DNA of 64,000 bases, from positions 1,152,001 through 1,216,000 of the forward strand of contig CAWCUS010000006.1 in NCBI GenBank assembly GCA_963798845.1. Reading direction: 5' to 3'. The notes below the pieces were generated by a model. The model made no database searches and was not told the DNA's origin. It saw nothing but the letters and a program-made list of their open reading frames with translations. Position numbers and translations under genes: made by a program. Positions 19,850 to 29,296 of the stretch are shown here, piece after piece (position 1 is the stretch's first letter; each line of letters starts with the position of its first letter). Source of the DNA: an uncultured Gemmatimonadales bacterium. Lineage in GTDB: Bacteria > Gemmatimonadota > Gemmatimonadetes > Longimicrobiales > RSA9.

Positions 19850-21157
19850 ATGCCCGCAGCCACATTCGAAGCCCGCCGCCGCCGCGTCCTGGATGCCGTC
19901 GGCGAGCATGCCGCCATGATCCTCCCGGCCGCCCCCCAGGTGACCATCGGGCGCGACCTCGAGCTCCGCTACGCGGTCGATCCCGACCTCTGGTACCTCA
20001 CCGGCTACCCCGAGCCCGAGGCCGTGGCCGTTCTGCTGCCGGGAAGCGATGCGCCGTTCACGCTCTTCGCGCGCGAGCGCGATCCCGAACGCGAGGTCTG
20101 GACCGGGCCCAGGGGCGGGGTGGAGGCGGCCACCGAACGCTTTTCCGCGGACGCCGCCCACCCGATCGGCGAGCTGGCCCGACGCCTGCCGGAACTGCTG
20201 AACGATCGCGACCGGATCTTCTTCCGGCTCGGAACCGGCCGCGCCGACGTCGAGCGCCTCGTCCTCGACGTCCTCCGCGCCGGCCGGGCCGGTCGCCAGC
20301 GCAAGGGAGCCGGTCCCGCGGAGCTCGTGGACCCGGGCGTCGTCCTGGACGAGATGCGGCTGATCAAGGAGCCCGGCGAGATCGACGCCCTCCGCGACGC
20401 AGTCCGCATCACCGTCAATGCCTTCCGCGCCGGGCTCGCCGTCGCGCGCCCCGGTGCGGGGGAGTGGGAGGTGGAAGCCGCCGTGGACGGCGCGTTCCGG
20501 AGCGCCGGCGCCGACGGCGTCGCCTTCGCCACCATCGCCGCTTCCGGACCCAACGCCACCATCCTCCACTACACCGCCAACGACCGGCGCATGGCGGCCG
20601 GGGACCTCCTCCTGCTGGACGCCGGCGCTCGCCACCGCATCTACAACGGCGACCTGACCCGCACGATCCCCGTCGGCGGCGCGTTCTCCGGGCCCCAGCG
20701 CGACGTGTACGACGTGGTCCTCGCCGCCAATCGTGCCGCCATCCACGAGGTCCGCCCGGCCGGCTCCGTCGACGACGTCCACCTCGCCGCCGTGCGCGTC
20801 CTCGTCCAGGGGATGATCGACCTCGGCCTCCTCACCGGCGAAGTCGAGGCGCTGGTCCACGACGACAATGCCGTCAAACGCTTCTATCCCCACAAGACCA
20901 GCCACTGGCTCGGGCTCAATGTCCACGACGTCGGCACCTACGCCCGCGCCGGCACACCCCGCCCCCTCCAGCCCGGCATGGTCCTCACCGTCGAGCCAGG
21001 CCTCTACATCCCTGCCGACGGCGACGACGTCCCAACCCACTTCCGCGGCATCGGTGTCCGCATCGAGGACGACATCCTGGTCACCGATTCCGGCAGCGAC
21101 GTCCTGAGCGCCGCCCTGCCCGTCGACGCGCGAGAGGTCGCGGCCCTGGCCCGGTAG
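19850..21157 (+). CDS. pepP: Xaa-Pro aminopeptidase (M24B)
   Basis: YLTGYPEP, MRLIK, LHY, DAG...DLTRT, HWLGLNVHDVG, TVEPGLY, GVRIEDD. Confidence 0.92.
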   Translation: MPAATFEARRRRVLDAVGEHAAMILPAAPQVTIGRDLELRYAVDPDLWYLTGYPEPEAVAVLLPGSDAPFTLFARERDPEREVWTGPRGGVEAATERFSADAAHPIGELARRLPELLNDRDRIFFRLGTGRADVERLVLDVLRAGRAGRQRKGAGPAELVDPGVVLDEMRLIKEPGEIDALRDAVRITVNAFRAGLAVARPGAGEWEVEAAVDGAFRSAGADGVAFATIAASGPNATILHYTANDRRMAAGDLLLLDAGARHRIYNGDLTRTIPVGGAFSGPQRDVYDVVLAANRAAIHEVRPAGSVDDVHLAAVRVLVQGMIDLGLLTGEVEALVHDDNAVKRFYPHKTSHWLGLNVHDVGTYARAGTPRPLQPGMVLTVEPGLYIPADGDDVPTHFRGIGVRIEDDILVTDSGSDVLSAALPVDAREVAALAR

Positions 21158-21167
21158 CACGCGCCCC

Positions 21168-21394
21168 CCCCTCTGCGCGCCTCCGGCGCGCCCCTCTGCG
21201 AACGAAGTGAGCCCCTCTGCGCGCCCCCGGCGCGCCCCTCTGCGAACGAAGTGAGCCCCTCTGCGAACGAAGTGAGCCCCTCTGCGCGCCCTCCGGCGCG
21301 CCCCTCTGCGAACGAAGTGAGCCCCTCTGCGAACGAAGTGAGCCCCTCTGCGAACGAAGTGAGCCCCTCTGCGCGCCTCCGGCGCGCCCCCCCT
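21168..21394. repeat. Modular hairpin tandem array (order A B A B B A B B B A)
   Basis: Constant CCCTCT linker between module A (GCGCGCC-TCC-GGCGCGC) and module B (GCGAACGAAGTGAGC). Confidence 0.92.
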
Positions 21395-21425
21395 GAAACC
21401 CACCCGCCCCCGCTCCCGTATGACC

Positions 21426-21476
21426 TTGACGGCGGACTGAACACCGTTTAGACTGGCGCGCCTGAACACCGTTCAG
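21426..21476 (+). promoter_or_regulatory. Sigma-70 promoter with two palindromic TetR-type operators
   Basis: TTGACG (21426-31), 17 bp, TAGACT (21449-54); CTGAACACCGTTTAG (21437-51) and CTGAACACCGTTCAG (21462-76). Confidence 0.8.
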
Positions 21477-21517
21477 CGCTGGCACCTCGCTCGACAGGAC
21501 CACCGGATGACGACCGC

Positions 21518-22186
21518 ATGAGCACGACAGAAAAGGATGCGCAGCGCGACGATCTCAGGAAGAGGATCGTGGAGGCGGCGCGGGATATCGTCGGCGATGA
21601 AGGGCTGGACGCCCTGTCGATGCGGGCGCTGGCGGCGCGGATCGGCCATTCGCCGGGGACGATCTACCTGCACTTCCAGGACAAGGAGGAGCTGCTGCGG
21701 AGCGTGATGACGGAAGGGTTCCGGCGGCTGGGCGAGGTGATGGAGCGGGAGCTGGGGGTGATGCCGGCGGATGCGACGGCGATCGAGCGGTACGCGGCGA
21801 CGGGTCGTGCGTACGCGCGATTCGCGGTGGAGAACACGGGCTACTTCCGGGCGATGTTCCAGATGCCGCGGGTGCCGGCGCTGGCCGGGTGTCCGGCGGT
21901 GGCCGCGGACCTGACGGCGATGCACGAGGGATCGAAGTCGGTGGTGGTGTCGCTGGTCCGGGAAGCGGCGGCAGCGGGTCAGGTGAGCGTGGCGGACCCG
22001 GAGCGTGCGGCGGTGGTGGGGTGGGGGCTGATCCACGGGCTGACGTCGCTGTACGTGAGTGGGCACCTGGGCGCGCAGGCGAGGACGCACGAGGAGTTCA
22101 TGGATCTGGTGGAGAACGCCATCGAGGCGCTCCGGCTGGGGTGGAGGCCACGGCCGGAGGTGACGGGAGAGCGAGGCGCGGCATGA
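21518..22186 (+). CDS. TetR/AcrR family regulator (WHG-type C-terminus)
   Basis: LSMRALAARIGHSPGTIYLHFQDKEELL HTH; WGLIHGL. Confidence 0.92.
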   Translation: MSTTEKDAQRDDLRKRIVEAARDIVGDEGLDALSMRALAARIGHSPGTIYLHFQDKEELLRSVMTEGFRRLGEVMERELGVMPADATAIERYAATGRAYARFAVENTGYFRAMFQMPRVPALAGCPAVAADLTAMHEGSKSVVVSLVREAAAAGQVSVADPERAAVVGWGLIHGLTSLYVSGHLGAQARTHEEFMDLVENAIEALRLGWRPRPEVTGERGAA

Positions 22187-23673
22187 GCCAGGTAGCGAAG
22201 CGGCTGCTGGGGAGAGCGTTCCTTCTGGAGCTGGTGGTGGTGGTGGTGTGCATGGGCGCGCGTCCGTCGGGGGCGCGGGCGCAGGCGCCATCCCGACCGG
22301 CGGGCGGGGCGGTGGCGGGGTCGCCGGAGGTTGCTTCGGCGGCTGCGGCTGCTCCGTCACAGGGGCGGGTGCTGACGCTGGCGCAGGCCGTGGCGACGGC
22401 GCTGGAGCAGAACGAGACGCTGGAGGGGGTGCGCTGGACGCTGGAGGGGGCGCAGGCGCAGGTGCGTGAAGCGTGGGGAACCATGCTGCCGCAGGTGAGC
22501 TTCAGCGCGAGCTACACGCGGAACCTGGACGTCCCGCAGTTCTTCCTTCCTGCGATCTTCTTCGACAGCACGGCGGCGCCGGGCGACGTGATCCCGGTGC
22601 AGGGTGGGTCGGACAACTCGTGGTACGCGCAGGCGAGGGCGGACCAGACGCTGTTCAACCCGGCGGTGCTGCTGGGCGTGGGCGCGGCGCACCGCTACAC
22701 GGCTCTGCAGCGCGAGGTCGTGCGTGGCCAGGCGCAGCAGGTAGCGACGGACGCGCGGCTGAGCTACTACGGCGTGCTGCTGGCGCGCGAGCAGCACCGG
22801 CTGATGTCGAACAGCGTGGAGCGAGTGGCGCAGGTGCTCGAGGAAACGCGGAAGCTGAATCGGGCCGGGCTGGCGTCGGAGTACGATGTGCTTCGGCTGG
22901 AAGTGGAGCTGTCGAACCTGCAGCCGAACCTCACGCGGTCGGCGAACGCCGCGGAGGCGGCGAGGCGGGCGCTGGCGGTGACCATGGGCGAAGCGTCGCT
23001 GGACGGGGTGGAGCTGGCGGGATCGCTCCTGACGCAGGAGCTGCCGGCGCCACCCACGGCGGAGCTGGTGGCGAACGCGCCGGCGGACCGGAGCGACCTG
23101 CGCCAGCTGACGCTCACGCGGGACCTGCGGGAGACGGAGCGGAAAGTGGAGATCGCGCAGTACCTGCCGCGCATCACGCTCTTCGGGACGTGGACCACGC
23201 AGGGGCAGGGAAACGGCAATCCCACGTGGTTCGGCGAGAACCGGTTCTCGGCGAAGGCGGTGGGCGTGGAGGTGAGCGTGCCGCTGTTCGGCGGTTTCCA
23301 GCGTCCGGCGCGGGTCGGCCGCCTGAGCGCGCAGGTGAACCAGGCGGCGTCGCAGCTTGCGTACGCGGCGGACCAGGCGGCCAACGAGGTGCGCACGCTG
23401 CTGGACCAGGCGAGGGAGTCGTACGACCGGGCCGTGGCGCAGCGGCGGGCGGTGGATCAGGCGCAGCGCGGCTACGAGATCGCGCGCAAGGAGTACCGCG
23501 CAGGGATGGGGAGCCAGCTCCAGGTGACCGATGCCGAGCTGGCGTTGCGGCAGAGCGAGTTCAACTACGCCCAGGCGGTCTACGACTACCTGAGCGCGCA
23601 GGCCAGGCTGGACGTCGCCATCGGGCACGTGCCGCTGGTCGATGACGAGGACGGCGTCGCCCTCCGGGGCTAG
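22183..23673 (+). CDS. TolC family outer-membrane efflux protein
   Basis: ATGA overlap; signal peptide ending GARA|Q, LTLAQAVATALEQN, YLPRITL, VSVPLFGGF. Confidence 0.9.
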   Translation: MSQVAKRLLGRAFLLELVVVVVCMGARPSGARAQAPSRPAGGAVAGSPEVASAAAAAPSQGRVLTLAQAVATALEQNETLEGVRWTLEGAQAQVREAWGTMLPQVSFSASYTRNLDVPQFFLPAIFFDSTAAPGDVIPVQGGSDNSWYAQARADQTLFNPAVLLGVGAAHRYTALQREVVRGQAQQVATDARLSYYGVLLAREQHRLMSNSVERVAQVLEETRKLNRAGLASEYDVLRLEVELSNLQPNLTRSANAAEAARRALAVTMGEASLDGVELAGSLLTQELPAPPTAELVANAPADRSDLRQLTLTRDLRETERKVEIAQYLPRITLFGTWTTQGQGNGNPTWFGENRFSAKAVGVEVSVPLFGGFQRPARVGRLSAQVNQAASQLAYAADQAANEVRTLLDQARESYDRAVAQRRAVDQAQRGYEIARKEYRAGMGSQLQVTDAELALRQSEFNYAQAVYDYLSAQARLDVAIGHVPLVDDEDGVALRG

Positions 23674-23689
23674 ATCGGAGATGGAGATC

Positions 23690-24880
23690 ATGAAGCGGAT
23701 CGTGGGACTGGCGTTCGTGGCGACGGCCGGTATGGCCGTGCTCTCGCTCCCGGCGTGCGGGCGGGCGGGTGGCGCGGAGGTTCGGGAGGCGGTGGCGTCC
23801 TCGCCGGGAGACGCTCCCATCCGGCTCGTGAACGTCGAGACCGTGGTGCTCGAGCCGCGGCCGTTCACGAATTTCGTTCGCATCGTCGGCACCGTGGAGG
23901 CCGAGCGCGACGTGGTGGTCACCGCGCAGGAGGGCGGCACCGTGGAGGCGCTGGTGGCGAAGAAGGGCGCGCGCATGGCCGCCGGCCAGGCGCTCCTGCG
24001 GATCGACGACGACGTGCTGCGCGCGCAGCTCGAGCAGGCCGTCAGCCAGGCCGCGCTGGCCGAGGAGACCTGGACCCGGCAGCGTCAGCTCTGGGAGCGC
24101 GACTCCGTCGGCACCGAGATGGCGTATCTGCAGGCCAAGTACAACGCGCGCACGGCCCGGGCGCAGGCGCAGGTGCTGAGCGAGCGCGTGGACCGCGCCG
24201 TGGTGCGCGCCCCGTTCGCCGGGATCCTGGACGACCGGATGGTGGAGGTCGGGAGCACGGTGCCGGCCGGCGCCCCCGTCGCCCGTGTCCTGGACGTGGA
24301 CACCGTCAAGATCGCGGGCGGAGTCCCCGAGCGTTTCGCGTCCGACGTGGCGCGCGGCACCCCCGTGACCGTCACCGTGGACGCGCTGGGCGGCCGCGAG
24401 TACGCGGGCACCATCGACTTCGTCGGCTCTGCCGTCGACGGCGGCGACCGCACGTTCAAGGTGGAGGTCCACGTGCCGAACCCGGGGCTCGGGATCAAGC
24501 CCGGGATGGTGGCGAACGTGAGCATCGCGCGTCGCGCGCTGGACAGCGTCCTGGTCGTCGCCCGGCCCGCCGTGCTGCGCCGCGAGGCCGGCTACGTGGT
24601 GTTCGTGGCGCGCCCCGATGGGAATGGCGGCTGGCGCGCCGAGGCGAGGCCGGTGGTGCCGGGCCCGTCCGGCGAGCAGGAAGTGGTGATCACCGGGGGC
24701 CTGTCCGCGGGCGAGCGCGTGGTGGTGGTGGGCCAGCAGCGCCTGGCGGACGGCAATGCGCTCCGGCTCGGCGAGCCCGGGACCGTGCGCGCGGCGGCGA
24801 CTGAGACTTCTGCGCCCGCGCCGGCGGACCCGGCCGCGGGGGAGTCGACGGCCGGAGGAACACCCGGAGGTGAGGGATGA
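23690..24880 (+). CDS. RND efflux periplasmic adaptor (MFP)
   Basis: Lipobox LPAC, VRAPFAG, KPGM, GLSAGERVVVVGQ. Confidence 0.9.
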   Translation: MKRIVGLAFVATAGMAVLSLPACGRAGGAEVREAVASSPGDAPIRLVNVETVVLEPRPFTNFVRIVGTVEAERDVVVTAQEGGTVEALVAKKGARMAAGQALLRIDDDVLRAQLEQAVSQAALAEETWTRQRQLWERDSVGTEMAYLQAKYNARTARAQAQVLSERVDRAVVRAPFAGILDDRMVEVGSTVPAGAPVARVLDVDTVKIAGGVPERFASDVARGTPVTVTVDALGGREYAGTIDFVGSAVDGGDRTFKVEVHVPNPGLGIKPGMVANVSIARRALDSVLVVARPAVLRREAGYVVFVARPDGNGGWRAEARPVVPGPSGEQEVVITGGLSAGERVVVVGQQRLADGNALRLGEPGTVRAAATETSAPAPADPAAGESTAGGTPGGEG

Positions 24881-27800
24881 GCGAGCGTCCTCGCGGCAGT
24901 CATGGAGAGCCGCCCAGGCAGTCGGGGCACCACAAGGGCGAGCACAGGCAGTTCGGGCTGACCAACTTCGCGCTCCGGCACCGCGTGAGCGTGCTGATGC
25001 TGCTCGGCATCGTCACGATCCTGGGGCTGGTGTCCTACACGAGCGTGCCTAAGGAGGCGTCCCCCGAGATCACGATTCCGATCATCGCAGTGAGCGTCAT
25101 CTACCCCGGCGTGTCGCCGCGGGACATGGAGACGCTCGTGGCCCGGCCGCTGGAGGAGGAGCTCAACACGATCGCGGACATCGATGAGCTGAGCTCCACG
25201 TCCATCGAGGGCTACACGAACATCATCGCCGAGTTCGAGAACGGGATGGACATGGAGGACGCGCTCCGGAAGGTGCGCGAGAAGGTGGACGTGGCGAAGG
25301 TCGACCTGCCATCGGACGTGGAAGAGCCCATGGTCATGGAGTTCAACCTGTCCGAGTTCCCGATCATGCAGGTCAACATCTCGGCCCCGTACGGCCTCGA
25401 GCGCCTGAAGGACGTGGCCGAGGACGTCCAGGACCATCTCGAGCAGATCCCGTCGGTCCTGAGCGTCGACCTGTCCGGCGGGCTGGAGCGGGAGGTCAAG
25501 GTGGCGGTGGACCTGCCGCGCCTGAAGTACTACGGCCTGAGCTTCACCGACGTGGTGAGCGCCATCCGGAACGAGAACGTGAACATCCCGGGCGGCGTGG
25601 TGGACATGGGCAACCAGCAGTACACGCTCCGGGTGGCGGGCGAGTTCAAGGAGGCGCAGCCGATCGAGGACGTGGTGGTGACCACGCGCGGCGGCCGTCC
25701 CATCTACGTGCGGGATGTCGCCACGGTCGACTTCGGCTACAAGGATCGGGAGACGTACGCGCGCCTCGACGGCACGCCCGTCGTGACGCTCAACGTGGTG
25801 AAGCGCTCGGGCGAGAACATCATCGCCACTGCCGAGTCCGTGAAGGCGACGCTCGACCAGCTGGCGCCGTCCTTCCCTCCGGAGACGGTGGTGAAGATCA
25901 CGGGCGACCAGTCCGAGGACATCCACGACATGGTCAGCTCGCTGGAGAACAACATCATCAGCGGCCTGATCCTGGTGCTGGCGATCCTCATGTTCTTCCT
26001 GGGCGCGCGCAACGCCGGCTTCGTGGCCACGTCCATCCCGCTCAGCATGCTCCTCAGCTTCATCGTCATGAAGCTGCTCGGAGTGAGCATGAACATGGTG
26101 GTGCTGTTCAGTCTGATCCTCGCCCTGGGGATGCTGGTCGACAACGCCATCGTCGTGGTGGAGAACATCTACCGCCACATCGAGCAGGGGTACGACAACT
26201 GGCGGGCCGCCCGCCTCGCGACGGGGGAGATCGCTCTCCCCGTGATCGCGTCCACGGCCACGACCCTGGCCGCGTTCGCGCCGCTCCTGTTCTGGCCGGG
26301 GATCGCCGGCGAGTTCATGAGCTACCTTCCGCTCACGCTCATCATCACCCTGTCCAGCTCGCTGTTCGTGGCGCTGATCATCGTGCCCGTGCTGTGCGCC
26401 ATGTTCATGAAGCTGGACGGCGAGCCGAGCGCACCGCTCACCCCGGTCGCCCGCTATACGCTGTTCGGCGCCGTGGCGCTCCTGCTGCTCCTGATCGCCG
26501 CGGCCAACCCGCTCACCGCGCTGCTGCTCGGCGCCACGGCGGCCGCCGTGGTGACCGTGCACAAGCTGGTCATGGTCCGCGTCGCCCGCTGGTTCCAGGA
26601 GCGCGCGGTGCCCGCCACCATCGCCTGGTACGAGAAGCGGCTGCGCTGGGCGCTCCGCCACCGCCTCATCGCGCTCGGCACCGCGCCCGTCGTATTCATC
26701 GTCGCGGTGATCCTCTTCATCGCGTTCAACGCGGGCGTGGAGTACTTCCCGGAGTCGATCCCGCCCGCCCAGGTGATGGCGCAGATCGACGTTCCCAGCG
26801 GCACGCGCCCTGAGTTCATCAACAGCGTGGCGGAGGGCGTGGAAGCCCAGCTCCGCCGCGTCTCCGGTGTCGAGGACGTGGAGTCCATGGTGGCCACGGT
26901 CGGCTCCGGCGGCCCGATGGGCGGGCTGTTCGGCGGGAGCGGTGAAGCCAACATCACCGTGCAGTTCGTGGATTTCGAGAACCGAAAAGGGGACGTCTTC
27001 GCGACGCTCGCCCACATGCAGGACAGCGTCGGGGCCGGGATCGCCGGCGCCGAGGTCACCATGGCGAAGCAGGACATGGGACCGCCCACGGGCGCGCCCG
27101 TGAGCATCGAGATCGCGGGCGACGACCCGGACGTGCTGAAGCGGCTGTCCGACCGCGCCGTCTCCATCCTCCAGTCGCAGGCGGTGGGTCGGAAGCTGGA
27201 AGGTCTGGAGAGCGACATGGACGATGCCCGCCAGGAGCTGGTCATCGACGTGGACCGCGAGAAGGCGGCGCTCTACGGCCTGAGCACGGCGCAGGTGGGC
27301 GGCACCATCCGCAGCGCCATCCAGGGGACGGAGGCGGCCAAGTTCCGGCAGGGTCAGGACGAGTACGACATCGTGGTGCGCCTGGCCGAGAAGTACCGCA
27401 ACAACCTGGACGCGCTCCAGGAGATGACGGTCCTGTCCGACGACGGCGTGCAGGTGCCGCTCTCGTCCGTCGCCAGCTGGCAGGTGGCTGAAGGCGCCGG
27501 GTCCGTCAAGCGGAAGGACCTGGACCGCGTGGCCACGATCACGAGCGACGTGGTGTCGGGTCAGAACAGCAACGCGGTGCTGAAGCAGGTCCAGGCGACG
27601 CTGGCCTCCGCCGGCTTCGACCGCGAGCTGCCCCCGGGCTACACGCTGAAGTACACCGGCGAGCAGGAAGACCAGCAGGAGGCGATGGCGTTCCTCTCCA
27701 ACGCGTTCCTGGTGGCGCTCATGCTCATCGGCTTCATCCTCATCAGCCAGTTCAACTCGGTGGTGAAGCCGGTCATCATCCTGACGTCCGTCCTCATGTC

Positions 27801-28371
27801 CACCGTGGGCGTGCTCCTGGGCCTCGTCGTCTTCCGCATGCCGTTCGGCATCATCATGACCGGCGTGGGGATCATCAGCCTGGCCGGCGTCGTCGTGAAC
27901 AACGCCATCGTCCTCATCGACTACGTGGACATCCTGCGCGATCGCAATGGCATGGACCGGCGCGAGGCGCTCGTCCAGGCCGGCAAGACCCGCTTCCGCC
28001 CCGTCATCCTGACCGCCGTGACCACCGTGCTGGGGCTCGTGCCGCTGGCCATCGGCCTGAACATCGACTTCCTCGGCCTCTTCACGCGACTCCAGCCGGA
28101 CATCTACTGGGGTGGCGAGCAGGCCGCCTGGTGGGGATCCATGGCCATCTCCGTCATCGTCGGCCTCAGCTTCGCCACGATCCTGACGCTGATCCTCGTC
28201 CCCGTCATGTACTCCCTCGTGGACGACGTCGCCGCCTTCTTCCGCCGGCACTACACCCGCCCGGTGGAAGCGGAGCCCGAGGAGCCGGTGGCGGGGCCGT
28301 TCGAGCCCGCTCCGCGCCCGGCCCGCGAATCGGTCATGGCGTCGCAGGAAGCGCGACCGGCGGAAGCGTAG
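24877..28371 (+). CDS. RND efflux permease (AcrB/D/F family)
   Basis: GMLVDNAIVVVENIYRH, VVVNNAIVLID, RFRPVILTAVTT; 1164 aa. Confidence 0.95.
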   Translation: MSERPRGSHGEPPRQSGHHKGEHRQFGLTNFALRHRVSVLMLLGIVTILGLVSYTSVPKEASPEITIPIIAVSVIYPGVSPRDMETLVARPLEEELNTIADIDELSSTSIEGYTNIIAEFENGMDMEDALRKVREKVDVAKVDLPSDVEEPMVMEFNLSEFPIMQVNISAPYGLERLKDVAEDVQDHLEQIPSVLSVDLSGGLEREVKVAVDLPRLKYYGLSFTDVVSAIRNENVNIPGGVVDMGNQQYTLRVAGEFKEAQPIEDVVVTTRGGRPIYVRDVATVDFGYKDRETYARLDGTPVVTLNVVKRSGENIIATAESVKATLDQLAPSFPPETVVKITGDQSEDIHDMVSSLENNIISGLILVLAILMFFLGARNAGFVATSIPLSMLLSFIVMKLLGVSMNMVVLFSLILALGMLVDNAIVVVENIYRHIEQGYDNWRAARLATGEIALPVIASTATTLAAFAPLLFWPGIAGEFMSYLPLTLIITLSSSLFVALIIVPVLCAMFMKLDGEPSAPLTPVARYTLFGAVALLLLLIAAANPLTALLLGATAAAVVTVHKLVMVRVARWFQERAVPATIAWYEKRLRWALRHRLIALGTAPVVFIVAVILFIAFNAGVEYFPESIPPAQVMAQIDVPSGTRPEFINSVAEGVEAQLRRVSGVEDVESMVATVGSGGPMGGLFGGSGEANITVQFVDFENRKGDVFATLAHMQDSVGAGIAGAEVTMAKQDMGPPTGAPVSIEIAGDDPDVLKRLSDRAVSILQSQAVGRKLEGLESDMDDARQELVIDVDREKAALYGLSTAQVGGTIRSAIQGTEAAKFRQGQDEYDIVVRLAEKYRNNLDALQEMTVLSDDGVQVPLSSVASWQVAEGAGSVKRKDLDRVATITSDVVSGQNSNAVLKQVQATLASAGFDRELPPGYTLKYTGEQEDQQEAMAFLSNAFLVALMLIGFILISQFNSVVKPVIILTSVLMSTVGVLLGLVVFRMPFGIIMTGVGIISLAGVVVNNAIVLIDYVDILRDRNGMDRREALVQAGKTRFRPVILTAVTTVLGLVPLAIGLNIDFLGLFTRLQPDIYWGGEQAAWWGSMAISVIVGLSFATILTLILVPVMYSLVDDVAAFFRRHYTRPVEAEPEEPVAGPFEPAPRPARESVMASQEARPAEA

Positions 28372-28481
28372 CGGACCCCAGGGCGGGCCGGCGGCGTCTC
28401 GCACGCGCCGGCCCGCCTGCCCCTTGCGGCCCCTTTCCATCGAGGGCATCATTCCCCATTCCCATATGCGAATCTGTGTAG

Positions 28482-28862
28482 ATGCCCTTCCGGTATCGAG
28501 TCATCGACGGTGGTGAGATCCTCCTCGTCCGCGCCGTGGGCGAGGCCGACGTCCTGGACTGGATCAGGCTGAACCGGGATGCGCCGACGGGGGTCAGGCC
28601 GCACGAGTGCGGGCTGCTGATCGACCTCCGCAAGCGCACGAATCTTCCCAGCACGCCCTCCGTTCGGGCCATCGGTGAAGCGCTGCGCCGGCAGCTCCGG
28701 TTCGCGGCCGTGGCCATGGTCGCGCGCTCCGGCACACAGTTCGGGCTCGCACGGATGGTGGAGCTCACCGCCGAGACCGAGAGCCGGCCGCTGGCCACCT
28801 TCGGCGCACTCCGGGAGGCGCGGGCCTGGCTGCGCGACCGCCTCCGGGTGCAGCCCGACTGA
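28482..28862 (+). CDS. Hypothetical protein (STAS/SpoIIAA-like)
   Basis: LLIDLR...AVAMVA...FGLARM...F..LREARAWL pattern. Confidence 0.55.
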   Translation: MPFRYRVIDGGEILLVRAVGEADVLDWIRLNRDAPTGVRPHECGLLIDLRKRTNLPSTPSVRAIGEALRRQLRFAAVAMVARSGTQFGLARMVELTAETESRPLATFGALREARAWLRDRLRVQPD

Positions 28863-29015
28863 GCCGCCGGCTCGGCTGAGCCCGCCCACGGCCGCCATTG
28901 CCGCGGCCAGCGTCGAGATTGACCCCGTCGCGACGTTCGCCTACCATTCGATACAGCCTGGCAGCACCCGCGGACGCATTTGAGGCCGCTTGACACCGCG
29001 GGGCGGAGGGGAACG

Positions 29016-29144
29016 GTCGGCAATGGGCGCGAGGGAGCGCCCGGTTCGAGCCGTCGTTCCCGGGCCGTCGAAACAAAGGACTAAAGTGCCGGGAACAGCC
29101 TTGGTTGTGCGGGCCCCGACACTTCTGGAGTGTCGGGGTTTTTT
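29016..29144 (+). promoter_or_regulatory. Structured leader/attenuator candidate upstream of metH
   Basis: TTGACA at 28990; stems GGGCGC/GCGCCC and GTTCCCGG/CCGGGAAC; ends in a strong terminator; matches no riboswitch class I recognise. Confidence 0.4.
29114..29144 (+). terminator. Intrinsic terminator 152 bp before the metH start
   Basis: CCCCGACACT-TCTGG-AGTGTCGGGG 10-bp stem followed by T6. Confidence 0.85.
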
Positions 29145-29296
29145 GTTGGGGCCGAAGCGCGTTCGGCGCCGCGGGAGGCGGCGTCCCGCACGCGCAGCGT
29201 GCGACCCGCGGCGGAGCCGCGATGCGCGGGCAGCGCGGCCCGCTCCCCCGACCACGAGGCGCCCGCAGCTACCTTCACGAACGAACGAGGTAAGAC

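Noticed and set aside
21168..21394. CRISPR array
   Set aside because: The constant part is only about 10 bp and the intervening segments are two recurring modules, not unique spacers.
24592..28452. 1286-aa minus-strand ORF and similar long antisense ORFs (e.g. 43350-46745, 29327-31882)
   Set aside because: Shadow frames of well-supported genes in very GC-rich DNA, with no recognisable motifs.
29016..29144. SAM-I/IV, SAH, cobalamin riboswitch or T-box
   Set aside because: Their conserved sequence signatures are not visible; kept only as an unclassified leader.
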